A stretch of DNA of 64,000 bases from Candidatus Thorarchaeota archaeon (GCA_019894665.1 JAGXOC010000004.1:5261-69260), one strand, 5' to 3'; positions 9,077-19,739 are shown, numbered from the stretch's first letter. Program-made: numbers and translations. Notes: generated from the letters alone by a model not told the origin.

Positions 9077-10947
9077 TACACGGAGTTGGCGGCCACATCC
9101 TATGGGTAGACCTGACAAAGGGATCCATCGAGAAACGACCCTTGGATGAAGACATGATTAAGGAATACCTCTTGGGTGCGGGTTATCTATCAAGAATTCT
9201 CTTCGACCATATCCCAAAGGGAATTGACCCTCTTAGTGAGAAAAATGTCCTAGGAATGGCAACAGGACTTCTTACTGGTTCTATGTTTCCTCAAGCTTCA
9301 AGACATGTTATCGCAGGTCTTTCCCCATTGACGGATGTCTGGGGAGAGAGCCATGCTGCAGGGTTCTGGGGAGCTGAGTTAAAGTTCGCAGGATACGATG
9401 CTATTGTCTTTACAGGTGCTTCTAAGAATCCCGTGTATCTCAATATCAAGGACGAAGATGTACAACTCTTAGATGCTGAGAGTGCAGGAGTATGGGGTAA
9501 GGATGTCTTTGAGACTGATGACATCCTCAAGGCTAAGCACGGAAAGAGAATCAGGACTCTGTCAATAGGACAGGCGGGTGAGAATCGCGTTAGATTTGCA
9601 GCAGTCATGAACGACAGAGACCGTGCATCAGCACGTTCTGGATTAGGAGCGGTCATGGGAGCAAAGAGATTGAAAGCAGTTTCTGTGAGAGGGACCGGGA
9701 AACTTGATGTTGCGGATCCCAAAAACTACCTGAAGCAGATAGATGTGTTCCACAAACGTATGATGGCAAACCCGTTCACACCGGGGCGTATCAAGTACGG
9801 CACAACCAGTCTTTTGGAACTGATGCAGCACATTGGACGGTTGCCCAGCTACAACATGAAACAAGGTGTCTTCGATGGTTTCGAGAAGATAAGCGGCGAT
9901 GCGATCAATCAAAACTACTTCGTGAAAGCAAGGGCGGACTTCTCATGTCTACAACGCTGTGGTCGATACACTGCTGTGAGAACAGGACCCTATGCTTTCG
10001 AGGGTGGAGCTCCAGAGTTCGAGACCCAGTCGTCTATGGGTTCACGTTGTGGTAATGATAACCTGGAATCGGTCCTCTTTGGGCACCATCTTGCGAATCA
10101 GTATGGAATAGATACAATCTCATTAGGTGCTACAATCTCCTGGGCGATGGAAGCTTGGGATGAAGGTCTTCTGACGGCTGAGGACACTGGAGGCATTGAT
10201 CTCAGCTGGGGAAATCACGAATCCATGATAAACTTGACAAGGATGATAGCTCTGAGGGAAGGCTTTGGTGATGTACTCGCAGAGGGTAGTGCAAGGGCTG
10301 CTCAGAAAATAGGTAGGGGAACTGAGAAGTTCGTTATGACAGTGAAGAAGCAAGAAATAGCAGGACAGGAACCAAGAGCACAGAAATCGATGGGACTTGC
10401 AGCAGTTACGTCAGCTCGAGGTGCAGACCACCTCTATTCGTTTCCGGTTCTTGATGAGGCGGGTTTTGATGAAGACATTAAGGAGCGATTTGGTGAACAA
10501 TACCTGCCTGAGATGGCAGACAGGTTGAATCCAAAATACAAGGGAATCATGGTCAAGGAATGTGAGGACTTCATGGTCATGGTGGAAAGCGTAGGTCTCT
10601 GCAAGTACGGTACTCAAATCCCTCCAGAGTTCTACTACGATGATGTTGCTCTGGCTCTAAAGATCCATAATGGGCTTGACCTGACCGGAAAGGACCTGCA
10701 AGTAATCGGTGAACGTATTGTCAATCTAAACAGGTTGTTCAACGCGCGTGTGGGAATTACAAGAAAAGATGACTGTCTGCCAGATAGACTCACAAAAGTG
10801 AAAGCACCACTCGGACCATCCGCAGGTGAGGTTGTAGAGCTTGATATGATGCTTGATGAGTACTACACCACACGGGGGTGGGATCTAAAAACAGGTCTTC
10901 CATTGAAAGAGACTTTGAAACGACTGGGCCTCAGCAGAGACGCCTAG
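9073..10947 (+). CDS. Tungsten/molybdenum aldehyde:ferredoxin oxidoreductase (AOR family)
   Basis: Full-length 624 aa with AOR N- and C-domains, translationally coupled to the upstream ferredoxin. Confidence 0.9.
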   Translation: MIHGVGGHILWVDLTKGSIEKRPLDEDMIKEYLLGAGYLSRILFDHIPKGIDPLSEKNVLGMATGLLTGSMFPQASRHVIAGLSPLTDVWGESHAAGFWGAELKFAGYDAIVFTGASKNPVYLNIKDEDVQLLDAESAGVWGKDVFETDDILKAKHGKRIRTLSIGQAGENRVRFAAVMNDRDRASARSGLGAVMGAKRLKAVSVRGTGKLDVADPKNYLKQIDVFHKRMMANPFTPGRIKYGTTSLLELMQHIGRLPSYNMKQGVFDGFEKISGDAINQNYFVKARADFSCLQRCGRYTAVRTGPYAFEGGAPEFETQSSMGSRCGNDNLESVLFGHHLANQYGIDTISLGATISWAMEAWDEGLLTAEDTGGIDLSWGNHESMINLTRMIALREGFGDVLAEGSARAAQKIGRGTEKFVMTVKKQEIAGQEPRAQKSMGLAAVTSARGADHLYSFPVLDEAGFDEDIKERFGEQYLPEMADRLNPKYKGIMVKECEDFMVMVESVGLCKYGTQIPPEFYYDDVALALKIHNGLDLTGKDLQVIGERIVNLNRLFNARVGITRKDDCLPDRLTKVKAPLGPSAGEVVELDMMLDEYYTTRGWDLKTGLPLKETLKRLGLSRDA

Positions 10948-10958
10948 TCCAAGATTAA

Positions 10959-11195
10959 TTACTCACAGGTGGCGCATACATTCGTTATCGTATCTTTCAC
11001 ACCGTCAACCTTCCGGAGATCATTCACAACGAAAGAACTCAGATCTTCGGGAGTCTTGAAGACGCATTTGATCAGAAGGTCATATGCTCCGTAAATCAGA
11101 AAAGCTTCTTCAACCTGGTCAAGATTACTAACCTGGTCTAGAATTGCTCGCGACTTCGTCGACTCGACTTTGGCCATGATGAAGGCAATGATCAC
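10959..11195 (-). CDS. Stand-alone RAM-domain protein (Lrp/AsnC C-terminal ligand-binding domain-like)
   Basis: 78 aa with a beta-alpha-beta-beta-alpha-beta pattern similar to the AsnC C-terminal domain. No HTH is present. Confidence 0.4.
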   Translation of the reverse strand: MIIAFIMAKVESTKSRAILDQVSNLDQVEEAFLIYGAYDLLIKCVFKTPEDLSSFVVNDLRKVDGVKDTITNVCATCE

Positions 11196-11543
11196 TTCTA
11201 TTCCACCTTCGGTTTCTGTATCATTGTTCTATACTCGTTCCTCACCATAAAACTGTTGCTAGAAATTTAGATTTCTTATGTTCTATTCAGTTCGATGGTC
11301 GTTTCCTAGGTAACCAAAGCAGGAAGTTTAATCGTGTGCATTTCTCGACGCCGACTTGTCTGAGGAGGTCTGCGCATGTCTAGCATCATCATATCTCTCC
11401 AAGATTTACCAGAAGTAGTAAATATAGATAATTATGACATTTTAATTTGTCAAAATTAATCCCCTAATAATATGGTTTGATGAAAGAAATTAGCCAGTAG
11501 AACTATCAGGTGATTCATACTACCAAGGTGAAGAGTTGATTTA

Positions 11544-12221
11544 ATGAAACTCAGAGAGTTAGTCGATGAGAAACACTTCCCGCTCTGGGGTCTGGTTGCT
11601 TCACTGGTGGGATTTGTCTTTATCCCGACACCACAGTTATTCTACGTGGGATCCGAAGGTGAGGCTTATTCCATGTTCAATCATGCGGTATCTGAACTGG
11701 GAGAGCTAGGTGTCTCCGAGCTGGCCTGGATGTTCAATATCGGGTTATTTCTAACAGGCATTCTATTCATACCTTTCATGATTGGTCTCGGACTCTATAT
11801 TGACACCATCATCAGCAAGATTGCGGCAGCGGGTGGTGTCTATTCAGCTATATCGGTCGCCCTCGTTGGAGTTTACCCCATGAATTACATAGTTGAACAT
11901 TCAATCACTGCGATCTCGTTCTTCCTGAGTGGTATGGTCATGACTTTGCTTTTTGCAATAGCGATTCTTGCTCAAAAAGAGGTCAGAGTCAACAAAGCCC
12001 TTTCAATAGGAGGGTTTGTGAACATGACCGTATTCGCACTCTTCCTCTACGGACCTTGGGAGGGATGGGGAGGACCAAGACCTGAATTTTCAATGAGAAT
12101 ATCTCTTGAATGGGCGATATATTGGGCAATCATCGGGTATCTATTGGTTCTTTCACTCTATGTTTGGAGAAAGGAAAAGAATGTAGAGAGCCCTCGGAGG
12201 ACTCCCTCACTCCAAGAATAA
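11544..12221 (+). CDS. Integral membrane protein, function unknown
   Basis: 225 aa with about six hydrophobic helices. Sits downstream of an AT-rich intergenic region. Confidence 0.5.
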   Translation: MKLRELVDEKHFPLWGLVASLVGFVFIPTPQLFYVGSEGEAYSMFNHAVSELGELGVSELAWMFNIGLFLTGILFIPFMIGLGLYIDTIISKIAAAGGVYSAISVALVGVYPMNYIVEHSITAISFFLSGMVMTLLFAIAILAQKEVRVNKALSIGGFVNMTVFALFLYGPWEGWGGPRPEFSMRISLEWAIYWAIIGYLLVLSLYVWRKEKNVESPRRTPSLQE

Positions 12222-15110
12222 TGAAACTCGACCGGGTAAAGCAAATCGTGCCTTGTTCTGTGGGTCATAATCAGGCTTTGCAGAACTATGGATGACTATG
12301 TCAATACCCAGCTCTGAGTTCATATGACTGACTGAACCACTCAATGCAGCCATCTCGTTCTTCGAGCTTGAGGAGTGATCCCACAAACCATTTTCCTTGG
12401 CAATACGGTCCACGATGCTCTTGACTTGTTCGCCGAATTTCCTGAAGTCTTCATTGGACATCAGGTGTTTCATGATATCACCAATGATGATAGGCAAGTT
12501 TGAATCACGAATGCTATTCATGGCTTTGAACATCCATTCAGGAGCCACATAGATGTGAACTTTCTTAGCCTTCGTCCCTTTCATTAGTTTCATGATCTCT
12601 CTGATGTCGCGGATAGTGGACTCGACAACTTCGTTTGCGGTTTCTACTTCTTGATCTATGAGCTTCTTGTTAGGCTTTGGCCAATCAGTCAATGAGATAT
12701 ATCCATCACGACCCATCTTAGACCAAATCTCTTCACACAAGTGTGGCATTATTGGAGCAGCTAATCGAACCCAGATGTTACATACATATGCCATAGTGGC
12801 ATCACGTTCTTCTTTGGGGATTCCAGGACGTTTTAGATACTGGTTGACTGTACGAATCATCTCGGATGTAACGCTGATGGCATAATCACGTAGTCTAAAG
12901 CCATCAATCCAGACTGTGCAATTTTTAACCATCGTATTCACACGTGAAACAATCCATCGTGTAGCAATGCTCGGGTTTTCTTTCTTGGTGAATATCTTTG
13001 GAGTCTTCTTTGCATACCTATTCATGACCTCGTTGAACTGTCGTGTTCGCCCCATCATAGAAGACACATCACGCTCATGCCACTCCATGAGAGATGAAGG
13101 CTCAGCTGCTGACATGGCATAGACCCGAAAAACATCAGCTCCATATTTCCGTGGAACCTCTACCAATGGGATGATACCACCCTTACTTTTACTCATCTTC
13201 CCACTGGACATGACAATATACTCGCTTATGCTAATACGCTTAATCCAGTGTTTTTTGGGAAATATAGCTACATGGTGAAATAGTGCGAAGCTCAAGTGAT
13301 TCGGGATATGAGCTGGATTTGTATGGCGTTGGTCGTTAGGGTACCAGTAGCGAAACTCACTCTGGATTGTCTTCAACAAAGAGGGTTCAATCCCAGTTTC
13401 CTTGCTGACCTTCAATGGAGTTCCATTTCCTAAGAAGACATACTCAAAGAAGTCTGGTGTCAACTGTTCGGGTTTCAATTTATTGTCCCGGATATAATGT
13501 GCAATGGTGTAGTAGGCCATGTAGATTGTGGAATCTGACAACGATTCGATAATCCAATCAGGATCGAATGGTAGTCGCGTTCCAATACCACGTTTTCGTG
13601 CACAAGGTCGCTGGGTCAACCAATCGAATGTGTTTTCGAACAGGACTCTATATGTGTCAGGCACAATTTCCATTGATGCTAGAGCTTCTCTGGTCTCCTC
13701 CTTCCAGCCAGGACTTGTGTAGTCCAAGAACCATTGACCAGCGAAAACGCCGATCTGAACATCAGTTCCGCATCTGCAAACTACCGGTTTTTCATCGGGC
13801 TCGTAGAATACATCAATTCGATTGATGGACTGCAACCAATCAACGACGTCTTCCTTGACATCCTTGATTTTCATTCCAGAAAATTGCTGGCAGTTGTCCT
13901 TCATCACTCCATCATAGAATTCGGCCTTGTAGATTTCCTGCGTTGCATCCTCAAGTTTCTCATCTTCTTTTTGTGATTTAATCGCACGACTCTCGACAGC
14001 ATCTTTTGCTGGGAACTCACTGTAGCCCTTCATATCAATCATGCCAATTATCTCAATACCCCGCACTTCCTCTGCTGAAATGCTATAGTTTTGCAGGTCT
14101 GAAGGATTGTCCCACAGGTCTCTCAGAGCAATGTAGTCAAATGGAGCATGACCAGGTACTGAGTATACTACTCCTGTGGCATTGTTCACATCCACAAATT
14201 CTGCAGGTAAGATCAAGATTTCATGGTCATCATGAATTGCTTTGAACTTCTTCCCAATGATTTTGGAACCTGGGAAAGTCTCTAAGACCTCCACTTCCTT
14301 TGCTTGAAATTTCAGCTTCTCTGAGGCTGCTTCTGAGATTACCCATTTCTCACCGTCAATTTTCGCCCAAACATAGTTCTCTGTGGGGTGGATCCAGATA
14401 TTGGTGACTCCAAAGATGGTCTCGGGGCGTAAAGTAGCGGCGACCAAGAATCCATCCTCGAACGGCCACTTAATTGCAGTAAACTCCTTGACCTTGGCAG
14501 TAGCACCCTCCATTAAGTCATCCTCACCAACGGGGTTTCCATCATTGGGACAGTATAGTAGGGGGTAGTTACCCTGCTTGACATATCCCTTATCCATGAA
14601 TTTCAAGTACTGCCATTCAACGAACTTGTTGTATTCCTTGTCCCCGGTCGTAAACTCTCTTCGCCAATCAATACTATACCCTAAAGCATCGAAGTCTTGA
14701 GAGAGCACCTTTGCAAAAAAGGATGCAGTAGTCCAAGGGTCTTTGAACTTCGCCAGTTGAGCATCTACTTCTTCTTCAGTATCAAAATAGAGACGGAGGT
14801 CGCGTTTGTATTGCTCAATTGCAACAGGGTCACCAGCTACCACCCGGTCAACCATTCCCTGGATAGGAGTCCCTGTCATGTGCGATGCCATGGGATACAA
14901 CACGTTGTAGCCTTGCATTCGCTTGTAACGGGCAATCACGTCACCAATAGTGTAGGTTCTACCATGTCCTATATGCGGAGCACCGTTAACGTAAGGATAA
15001 GGCACCGTCAAGAAGAACTTCTCTTGCTTGGGGTCAGGGTCGGCCTCGAAGACCTTGTCTTTCCTCCATCGTTTCTGCCATTTCTTCTCAATCTTAGCAA
15101 AATCACTCAT
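12207..15110 (-). CDS. leuS: Leucyl-tRNA synthetase (archaeal/eukaryal type)
   Basis: HIGH motif (PHIGHGRTY) and KMSKS motif (KMSKSKG). 967 aa with editing and anticodon-binding domains. Confidence 0.95.
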   Translation of the reverse strand: MSDFAKIEKKWQKRWRKDKVFEADPDPKQEKFFLTVPYPYVNGAPHIGHGRTYTIGDVIARYKRMQGYNVLYPMASHMTGTPIQGMVDRVVAGDPVAIEQYKRDLRLYFDTEEEVDAQLAKFKDPWTTASFFAKVLSQDFDALGYSIDWRREFTTGDKEYNKFVEWQYLKFMDKGYVKQGNYPLLYCPNDGNPVGEDDLMEGATAKVKEFTAIKWPFEDGFLVAATLRPETIFGVTNIWIHPTENYVWAKIDGEKWVISEAASEKLKFQAKEVEVLETFPGSKIIGKKFKAIHDDHEILILPAEFVDVNNATGVVYSVPGHAPFDYIALRDLWDNPSDLQNYSISAEEVRGIEIIGMIDMKGYSEFPAKDAVESRAIKSQKEDEKLEDATQEIYKAEFYDGVMKDNCQQFSGMKIKDVKEDVVDWLQSINRIDVFYEPDEKPVVCRCGTDVQIGVFAGQWFLDYTSPGWKEETREALASMEIVPDTYRVLFENTFDWLTQRPCARKRGIGTRLPFDPDWIIESLSDSTIYMAYYTIAHYIRDNKLKPEQLTPDFFEYVFLGNGTPLKVSKETGIEPSLLKTIQSEFRYWYPNDQRHTNPAHIPNHLSFALFHHVAIFPKKHWIKRISISEYIVMSSGKMSKSKGGIIPLVEVPRKYGADVFRVYAMSAAEPSSLMEWHERDVSSMMGRTRQFNEVMNRYAKKTPKIFTKKENPSIATRWIVSRVNTMVKNCTVWIDGFRLRDYAISVTSEMIRTVNQYLKRPGIPKEERDATMAYVCNIWVRLAAPIMPHLCEEIWSKMGRDGYISLTDWPKPNKKLIDQEVETANEVVESTIRDIREIMKLMKGTKAKKVHIYVAPEWMFKAMNSIRDSNLPIIIGDIMKHLMSNEDFRKFGEQVKSIVDRIAKENGLWDHSSSSKNEMAALSGSVSHMNSELGIDIVIHSSAKPDYDPQNKARFALPGRVSLFLE

Positions 15111-15332
15111 ATCCAGTAACCTCTCTTGACACTGAAGAATTAGAAATTTCCAAGACGGTGTCCTCTATAAAGGACTCGCAAAAGGAGTGTCTGTTAGTTA
15201 TTGAGAACACAATCCATCCTGGTTCACTCTCTTCATCAGTTGTGTTAGGTCGCCCTTATTAGCCCTATGGTCAACTCCACTCGACCCAAGAAGATGAGAG
15301 AATAGATAAGGTGTCAAACCCTAGAATGTGTT

Positions 15333-17204
15333 GTGGAAAGGATGGGCAACCTCCGAAAGATGTTGATTGTGTCTTGCATAACTTTTTGCTTGTTAGTCAC
15401 GCTTATCAGACCGATAAGATTTCAGGGAGAAATAACATCAGATGGACCTGGATCCAATGAGATCTTTTCAATCTCTTCTGATACTCCAGTTGTCATCACC
15501 TCAGATGCTGATTTCACTAACCAGGGATGGCCAGGGACTGGATCATTGTCTACTCCATTCGTCATTGAGGACCTGATAATAAAAAGCAATCAGACATGTA
15601 TTTCAATAAGTAATACTTTGTCAAATTTTGTTATTCGCAATTGCACCCTAACTAATCTGGGGGCAAATACAAAGGTCATCGAATTAACCAATGTGCGAAA
15701 CGGATCTATCTTATCAAATAATATCACGTTCAATCTGATCGGCATAGATCTTCTTAGTTGCGGTTCTTCTGTGATAGAGAATAACACATTACAACGTCCT
15801 GATATTGCATATGAAAGTGGAGTTCATGCAATAAGGTTGTATGGTTCAGACTATGTGGAGATATCGAGGAACTTCATCAGAGGTAGACCATTTATTACAG
15901 GCAGTAGCAGCATTGGAGGAATCCTGCTAAACTTATCTACTGATTGTACTGTTAATGGAAATAGCATCAATTCTTTCAAGGGTAGAGGAGTGTATCTTGA
16001 AAATTCAGGTTACTGTATTGTGACGAATAATTGGGTTGATGATTGTCTTAATGGTTTCTATATCAGAGCTTCAAACGATTGTTTCATTGAAAACAACATA
16101 GCAACACGCACCCACATGGGTTTTGGCGTCTGGGTGGGAATTAATCATATTCTCAATGGAAACAGAGCTGAGAAAAATCTTGGAGAAGGATTCATTATAG
16201 CAAACTCATACGACTGTGAGCTGATTGGAAACATTGTTAGAGATGTATCAGAAAACCACAATGGTATTGAGTTGATTTACGGAGCGGCTGATAACATCCT
16301 CTATGTTAATTTCATTTTGTGTGATAATGTGCTTGATGAGGGATCTAATAATGCTTGGGATAATGGGGGTGATCTTGGAAATTACTGGACATCCTACGAC
16401 GGAAGTGGGACCTATCCTATACCTGGTGCAGCTGGAAGTGTAGACCGATTTCCACGACAATACATCATTCCAGCAATCAATCTAGTGTCAATCACTAACT
16501 TTGAATTTGGGTTGGAAAGTCGTGTTCTGAACTGGACATATACGGGTCAAGCTCCAATCAGTTACACTCTAGAAAGACAAGACGATTCTCAATTTTATCA
16601 CCTTGAAAATGAAGGGAAATGGCCTGCATCCTTGCCTACACTTTCACTTTATTTGGAACACATGGATGTTGGTGAATATCCATACAGATTTACTGTATTT
16701 TACGCGGATGGATTTTCTCAAACAGAATATACGATTGTGTATATTGAAGTCCCTAGTGGCCCCGATATTACATTGTTTCAGGACGATTTATACTACCCCA
16801 ATCGAGATGGTGAGATTCGGGTACAAGCATACATAGAAGACAACTCAGGTGTTTCAAAAGCAATACTCGCGTATAACACCTCATTCGATGAAGAGTGGCG
16901 AAATGTCACAATGGTAAGAAACCAAATTGAATTGTGGACGGCTATGGTTCCATTGTTGGCAGATGGAACTAGTATTTTTGTGAAGGTCTACGCAAGTGAC
17001 ACTCTTGGAAACTGGGCAGTTTCGGATATTATTACACGGAAGTTTTTGACAGAATATTATCCTCCTCCAAATACAACTTCACTAACCCCTACAACAAGGG
17101 ATCAGCTCTATTGGGTTGGATTTGCATCTGGTTCTATCATCGTTGTCGTCATTGGGATATTGTACTTGAATCAAAGAGATAGACGAATAGAGAAAGGATT
17201 TTGA
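15333..17204 (+). CDS. Cell-surface protein with right-handed parallel beta-helix (PbH1/NosD-like) repeats, N-terminal signal and C-terminal TM anchor
   Basis: N-terminal hydrophobic segment. Repeated N/G-rich 20-25-aa beta-helix rungs (NNIxxN...G). C-terminal TM helix IIVVVIGILYL followed by basic residues. Confidence 0.6.
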   Translation: MERMGNLRKMLIVSCITFCLLVTLIRPIRFQGEITSDGPGSNEIFSISSDTPVVITSDADFTNQGWPGTGSLSTPFVIEDLIIKSNQTCISISNTLSNFVIRNCTLTNLGANTKVIELTNVRNGSILSNNITFNLIGIDLLSCGSSVIENNTLQRPDIAYESGVHAIRLYGSDYVEISRNFIRGRPFITGSSSIGGILLNLSTDCTVNGNSINSFKGRGVYLENSGYCIVTNNWVDDCLNGFYIRASNDCFIENNIATRTHMGFGVWVGINHILNGNRAEKNLGEGFIIANSYDCELIGNIVRDVSENHNGIELIYGAADNILYVNFILCDNVLDEGSNNAWDNGGDLGNYWTSYDGSGTYPIPGAAGSVDRFPRQYIIPAINLVSITNFEFGLESRVLNWTYTGQAPISYTLERQDDSQFYHLENEGKWPASLPTLSLYLEHMDVGEYPYRFTVFYADGFSQTEYTIVYIEVPSGPDITLFQDDLYYPNRDGEIRVQAYIEDNSGVSKAILAYNTSFDEEWRNVTMVRNQIELWTAMVPLLADGTSIFVKVYASDTLGNWAVSDIITRKFLTEYYPPPNTTSLTPTTRDQLYWVGFASGSIIVVVIGILYLNQRDRRIEKGF

Positions 17205-17240
17205 ACCGACAGCGAATGAATAGCATAGGTAGACACTAAG

Positions 17241-17873
17241 ATGCCATTGACTTACCTTGAAGAACAGATTGACATTCACAGCGAACTCCTACATTACGCT
17301 GAGGTTATTCGATTCTTCCTAGAACTTGAGCAGAATGGAAATGTGAAGGCATACTGTAATGGTTCGAATATCGCAGGCAGATGGGTCTTTCAGATCTTCA
17401 ATAAGGAGTTTGTCAAGGAACTGGCTGTAATAATCAGCAGAGCTGTGGGTAGAAGAAGGAAAAAACCACCCGTCTTAGAAGTAATGAGTGGTGATGGACG
17501 GCTAACAGAATTTCTTAGACCATTGATTAAAAGACTGTGTATTGCGACGGACAACAAAGATGGACGCTACAACATTGGATACCCAAAGTGGGTAGAAACG
17601 TTAGATGCGATAGAAGCCGTCAACAAATACTCTCCGCCTTTCGTAATCATGTGTTGGGAGCCATATCTTTCTACAACTGGGATAGACATCGTGAAATTGG
17701 GTACGCCTACTGCGTGGATAGGAAACCCTGAGATGTGTGGACATACTGATATCTTCGATTACCCACACATCCCTTTGGAGAGTAAATACGCACTGAGTCG
17801 ACATGATTTCTTCTTAGAAAAGGAATTCAAGTCAGATATCTTCTTCTTCAACTGTAAGCCAGAGTGGATCTGA
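17241..17873 (+). CDS. Hypothetical protein (possible SAM-MTase-like motif VLEVMSGDG)
   Basis: 210-aa ORF with coding-like composition. Only weak motif evidence. Confidence 0.35.
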   Translation: MPLTYLEEQIDIHSELLHYAEVIRFFLELEQNGNVKAYCNGSNIAGRWVFQIFNKEFVKELAVIISRAVGRRRKKPPVLEVMSGDGRLTEFLRPLIKRLCIATDNKDGRYNIGYPKWVETLDAIEAVNKYSPPFVIMCWEPYLSTTGIDIVKLGTPTAWIGNPEMCGHTDIFDYPHIPLESKYALSRHDFFLEKEFKSDIFFFNCKPEWI

Positions 17874-17920
17874 AGTCTTACACTGCTTCATATTTTCGCA
17901 CCACTTGTTGAAATCATCAT

Positions 17921-18880
17921 TTGAAAGAAGGTCTTGTCATGGTTAAGGCGGTGGTTGATGCTGTAGATATTGATCCCAAGACTGGTACGACTCTTGGGTA
18001 CTACACGTTCGGAGAAGAGCGCCCAAATGTACTCATTTTGGCAGCCATGAACGGTCGTTCGGCCACAGACATCTATGCAAGCTATCTCATCATGAAACAT
18101 CTTGAGGGTCTGGAAAGAATCGATGGTTCTGTAACCTTCCTTCCAGTGGCAAGCCCCCTTGCATTTCGTCTAGGTGCAAAAGTATCACCACTAGACTCCA
18201 AGGACCTTGATACTGTTTTTCCAGGAAGCGAGTATGGGACAGTAACAGAGAGAACGGCATGGGAGATTTGGCGTCGAGCGTCACAGGCAGACTATATCAT
18301 AGATCTCCGTACTGGTTGGCAGAACTGTACAAGCCACCTTGTCGCAATGCACAGAGACTACATACATGTTAGAAATCTTGCTTCACAGATTGGTCTTCCA
18401 TACGTTGTTCAATCAACGGGGATGAGAGGTGCCCTCACGACTGAAGCAGCACATGAGGGGATACCTGCGGTTTCCGTTGAAATGAGGGGTGATACGGACC
18501 AAGTGGATTCGCAGGCTGCAGCTGAAGTAAGAGAGGCAATTCTCAATCTTTTACGCACTAAGGACATGATTGCTGGAGAAAAGATAGAAGCCTCAAACAC
18601 CCTCATGGGAAGATTGCAGCAAGTAAATGTGGACACTGAGGGTTTCTTTGTTCCAACCATCAATCTTGGAGAATCCGTGAAGAATGGGGATGTCCTAGGT
18701 CACGTGCAAGACAAAAATCAGATAATGACACCCTTTGACGGGGCAGTAATCTCTCTGAGTAGAACCAACTATGTGTTTGAGGGCGATATGATCGCTCGTA
18801 TTGCTGCTCCGCTCGGTGACCAATGGACTTCTGTAGCAGGTGAACAAGAAGATTCAATGCCAAAGAGAAGGAAATGGTGA
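17921..18880 (+). CDS. Succinylglutamate desuccinylase/aspartoacylase (AstE/AspA)-family protein, possibly with non-canonical metal ligands
   Basis: Family-like DLDTVFPG motif and a C-terminal beta-barrel region. The position expected to hold HGNE reads MNGRS. Confidence 0.4.
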   Translation: MKEGLVMVKAVVDAVDIDPKTGTTLGYYTFGEERPNVLILAAMNGRSATDIYASYLIMKHLEGLERIDGSVTFLPVASPLAFRLGAKVSPLDSKDLDTVFPGSEYGTVTERTAWEIWRRASQADYIIDLRTGWQNCTSHLVAMHRDYIHVRNLASQIGLPYVVQSTGMRGALTTEAAHEGIPAVSVEMRGDTDQVDSQAAAEVREAILNLLRTKDMIAGEKIEASNTLMGRLQQVNVDTEGFFVPTINLGESVKNGDVLGHVQDKNQIMTPFDGAVISLSRTNYVFEGDMIARIAAPLGDQWTSVAGEQEDSMPKRRKW

Positions 18881-18915
18881 CAGTCAGCGACGACTGTGGG
18901 GTAACATAACAACTC

Positions 18916-19323
18916 ATGCGGATTAGCGTGGGAGACCGACATCTTTGGGAGAAGCAAAATCTGCTACTTGTCGGTAGTTGCATGGACAGATTTCCAGACA
19001 TTGTGAAAGAGATCTCTGAGAAAGATGGGAGCCACTTTGTCCTCCATGTCTGTCTTGAAGAAACGCATGTTAATCAAGCAGGTTTCAAGATTGGATCTAT
19101 TGTGAAGTACTCTGATATCAAAAGGGTGACGACTCTTACAGTGGATGGAAGCCCCCATTGTGTTCAGTTGCTCTATGTTGTAGAAGATATCAAGCGACAT
19201 TTCCCATCTCATATAGAAACAGATCATTATGTCATAGAGAAGGAAAAACTGTATGAGATCACAGCAGATGCAGTGAAACGTTCCAGACATCTATCAAAGA
19301 TTCAGAAGATGCTTGATGGCTAG
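18916..19323 (+). CDS. Hypothetical protein
   Basis: 135-aa ORF. Its 3' ~100 bp are duplicated at 19745-19840. Confidence 0.4.
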   Translation: MRISVGDRHLWEKQNLLLVGSCMDRFPDIVKEISEKDGSHFVLHVCLEETHVNQAGFKIGSIVKYSDIKRVTTLTVDGSPHCVQLLYVVEDIKRHFPSHIETDHYVIEKEKLYEITADAVKRSRHLSKIQKMLDG

Positions 19324-19352
19324 TCAAACTGTGCAAGAGTACATATGCGTAG

Positions 19353-19622
19353 TTGAGTAGAATGATCATGCCAAAATGCCCGTACTGTTCTGAGGAATTG
19401 AGGATAAAACTCGCGGGAATAGTTGTGTCTGAAATTGATGACGAGTACTGGTCCCTAATCGAAACGTTTGTTCAACAGATGCCAAGATTCATCAGAATAG
19501 CCTTCAAGTCACGTTTGGACCGACTGCATGAGCACCTTCCACTCGTCAATCTATTGGTCTGTTCATACTGTGATAGTGTCATAAGTGCAGAAATGCAGAA
19601 AATGGGATCCAGTTCGTATTGA
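19353..19622 (+). CDS. Small zinc-ribbon-like protein (CPYC ... CSYC)
   Basis: 89 aa with two CxxC pairs. Confidence 0.35.
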   Translation: MSRMIMPKCPYCSEELRIKLAGIVVSEIDDEYWSLIETFVQQMPRFIRIAFKSRLDRLHEHLPLVNLLVCSYCDSVISAEMQKMGSSSY

Positions 19623-19739
19623 TAATCTTAATCAATGCAGCAGGTCCTCCACATTGGACAAGAGTTGTTTGTCTATCTCTGGTGAACCGCTGAACCTGTG
19701 AGAGGAGTAATGCACATCTGTATTGAGCAGGTGTGGTAA

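Noticed and set aside
12658-15119. Series of 60-140-aa plus-strand ORFs inside the leuS region
   Set aside because: They lie antisense to a well-supported 967-aa LeuRS ORF with HIGH/KMSKS motifs, so they are shadow ORFs.
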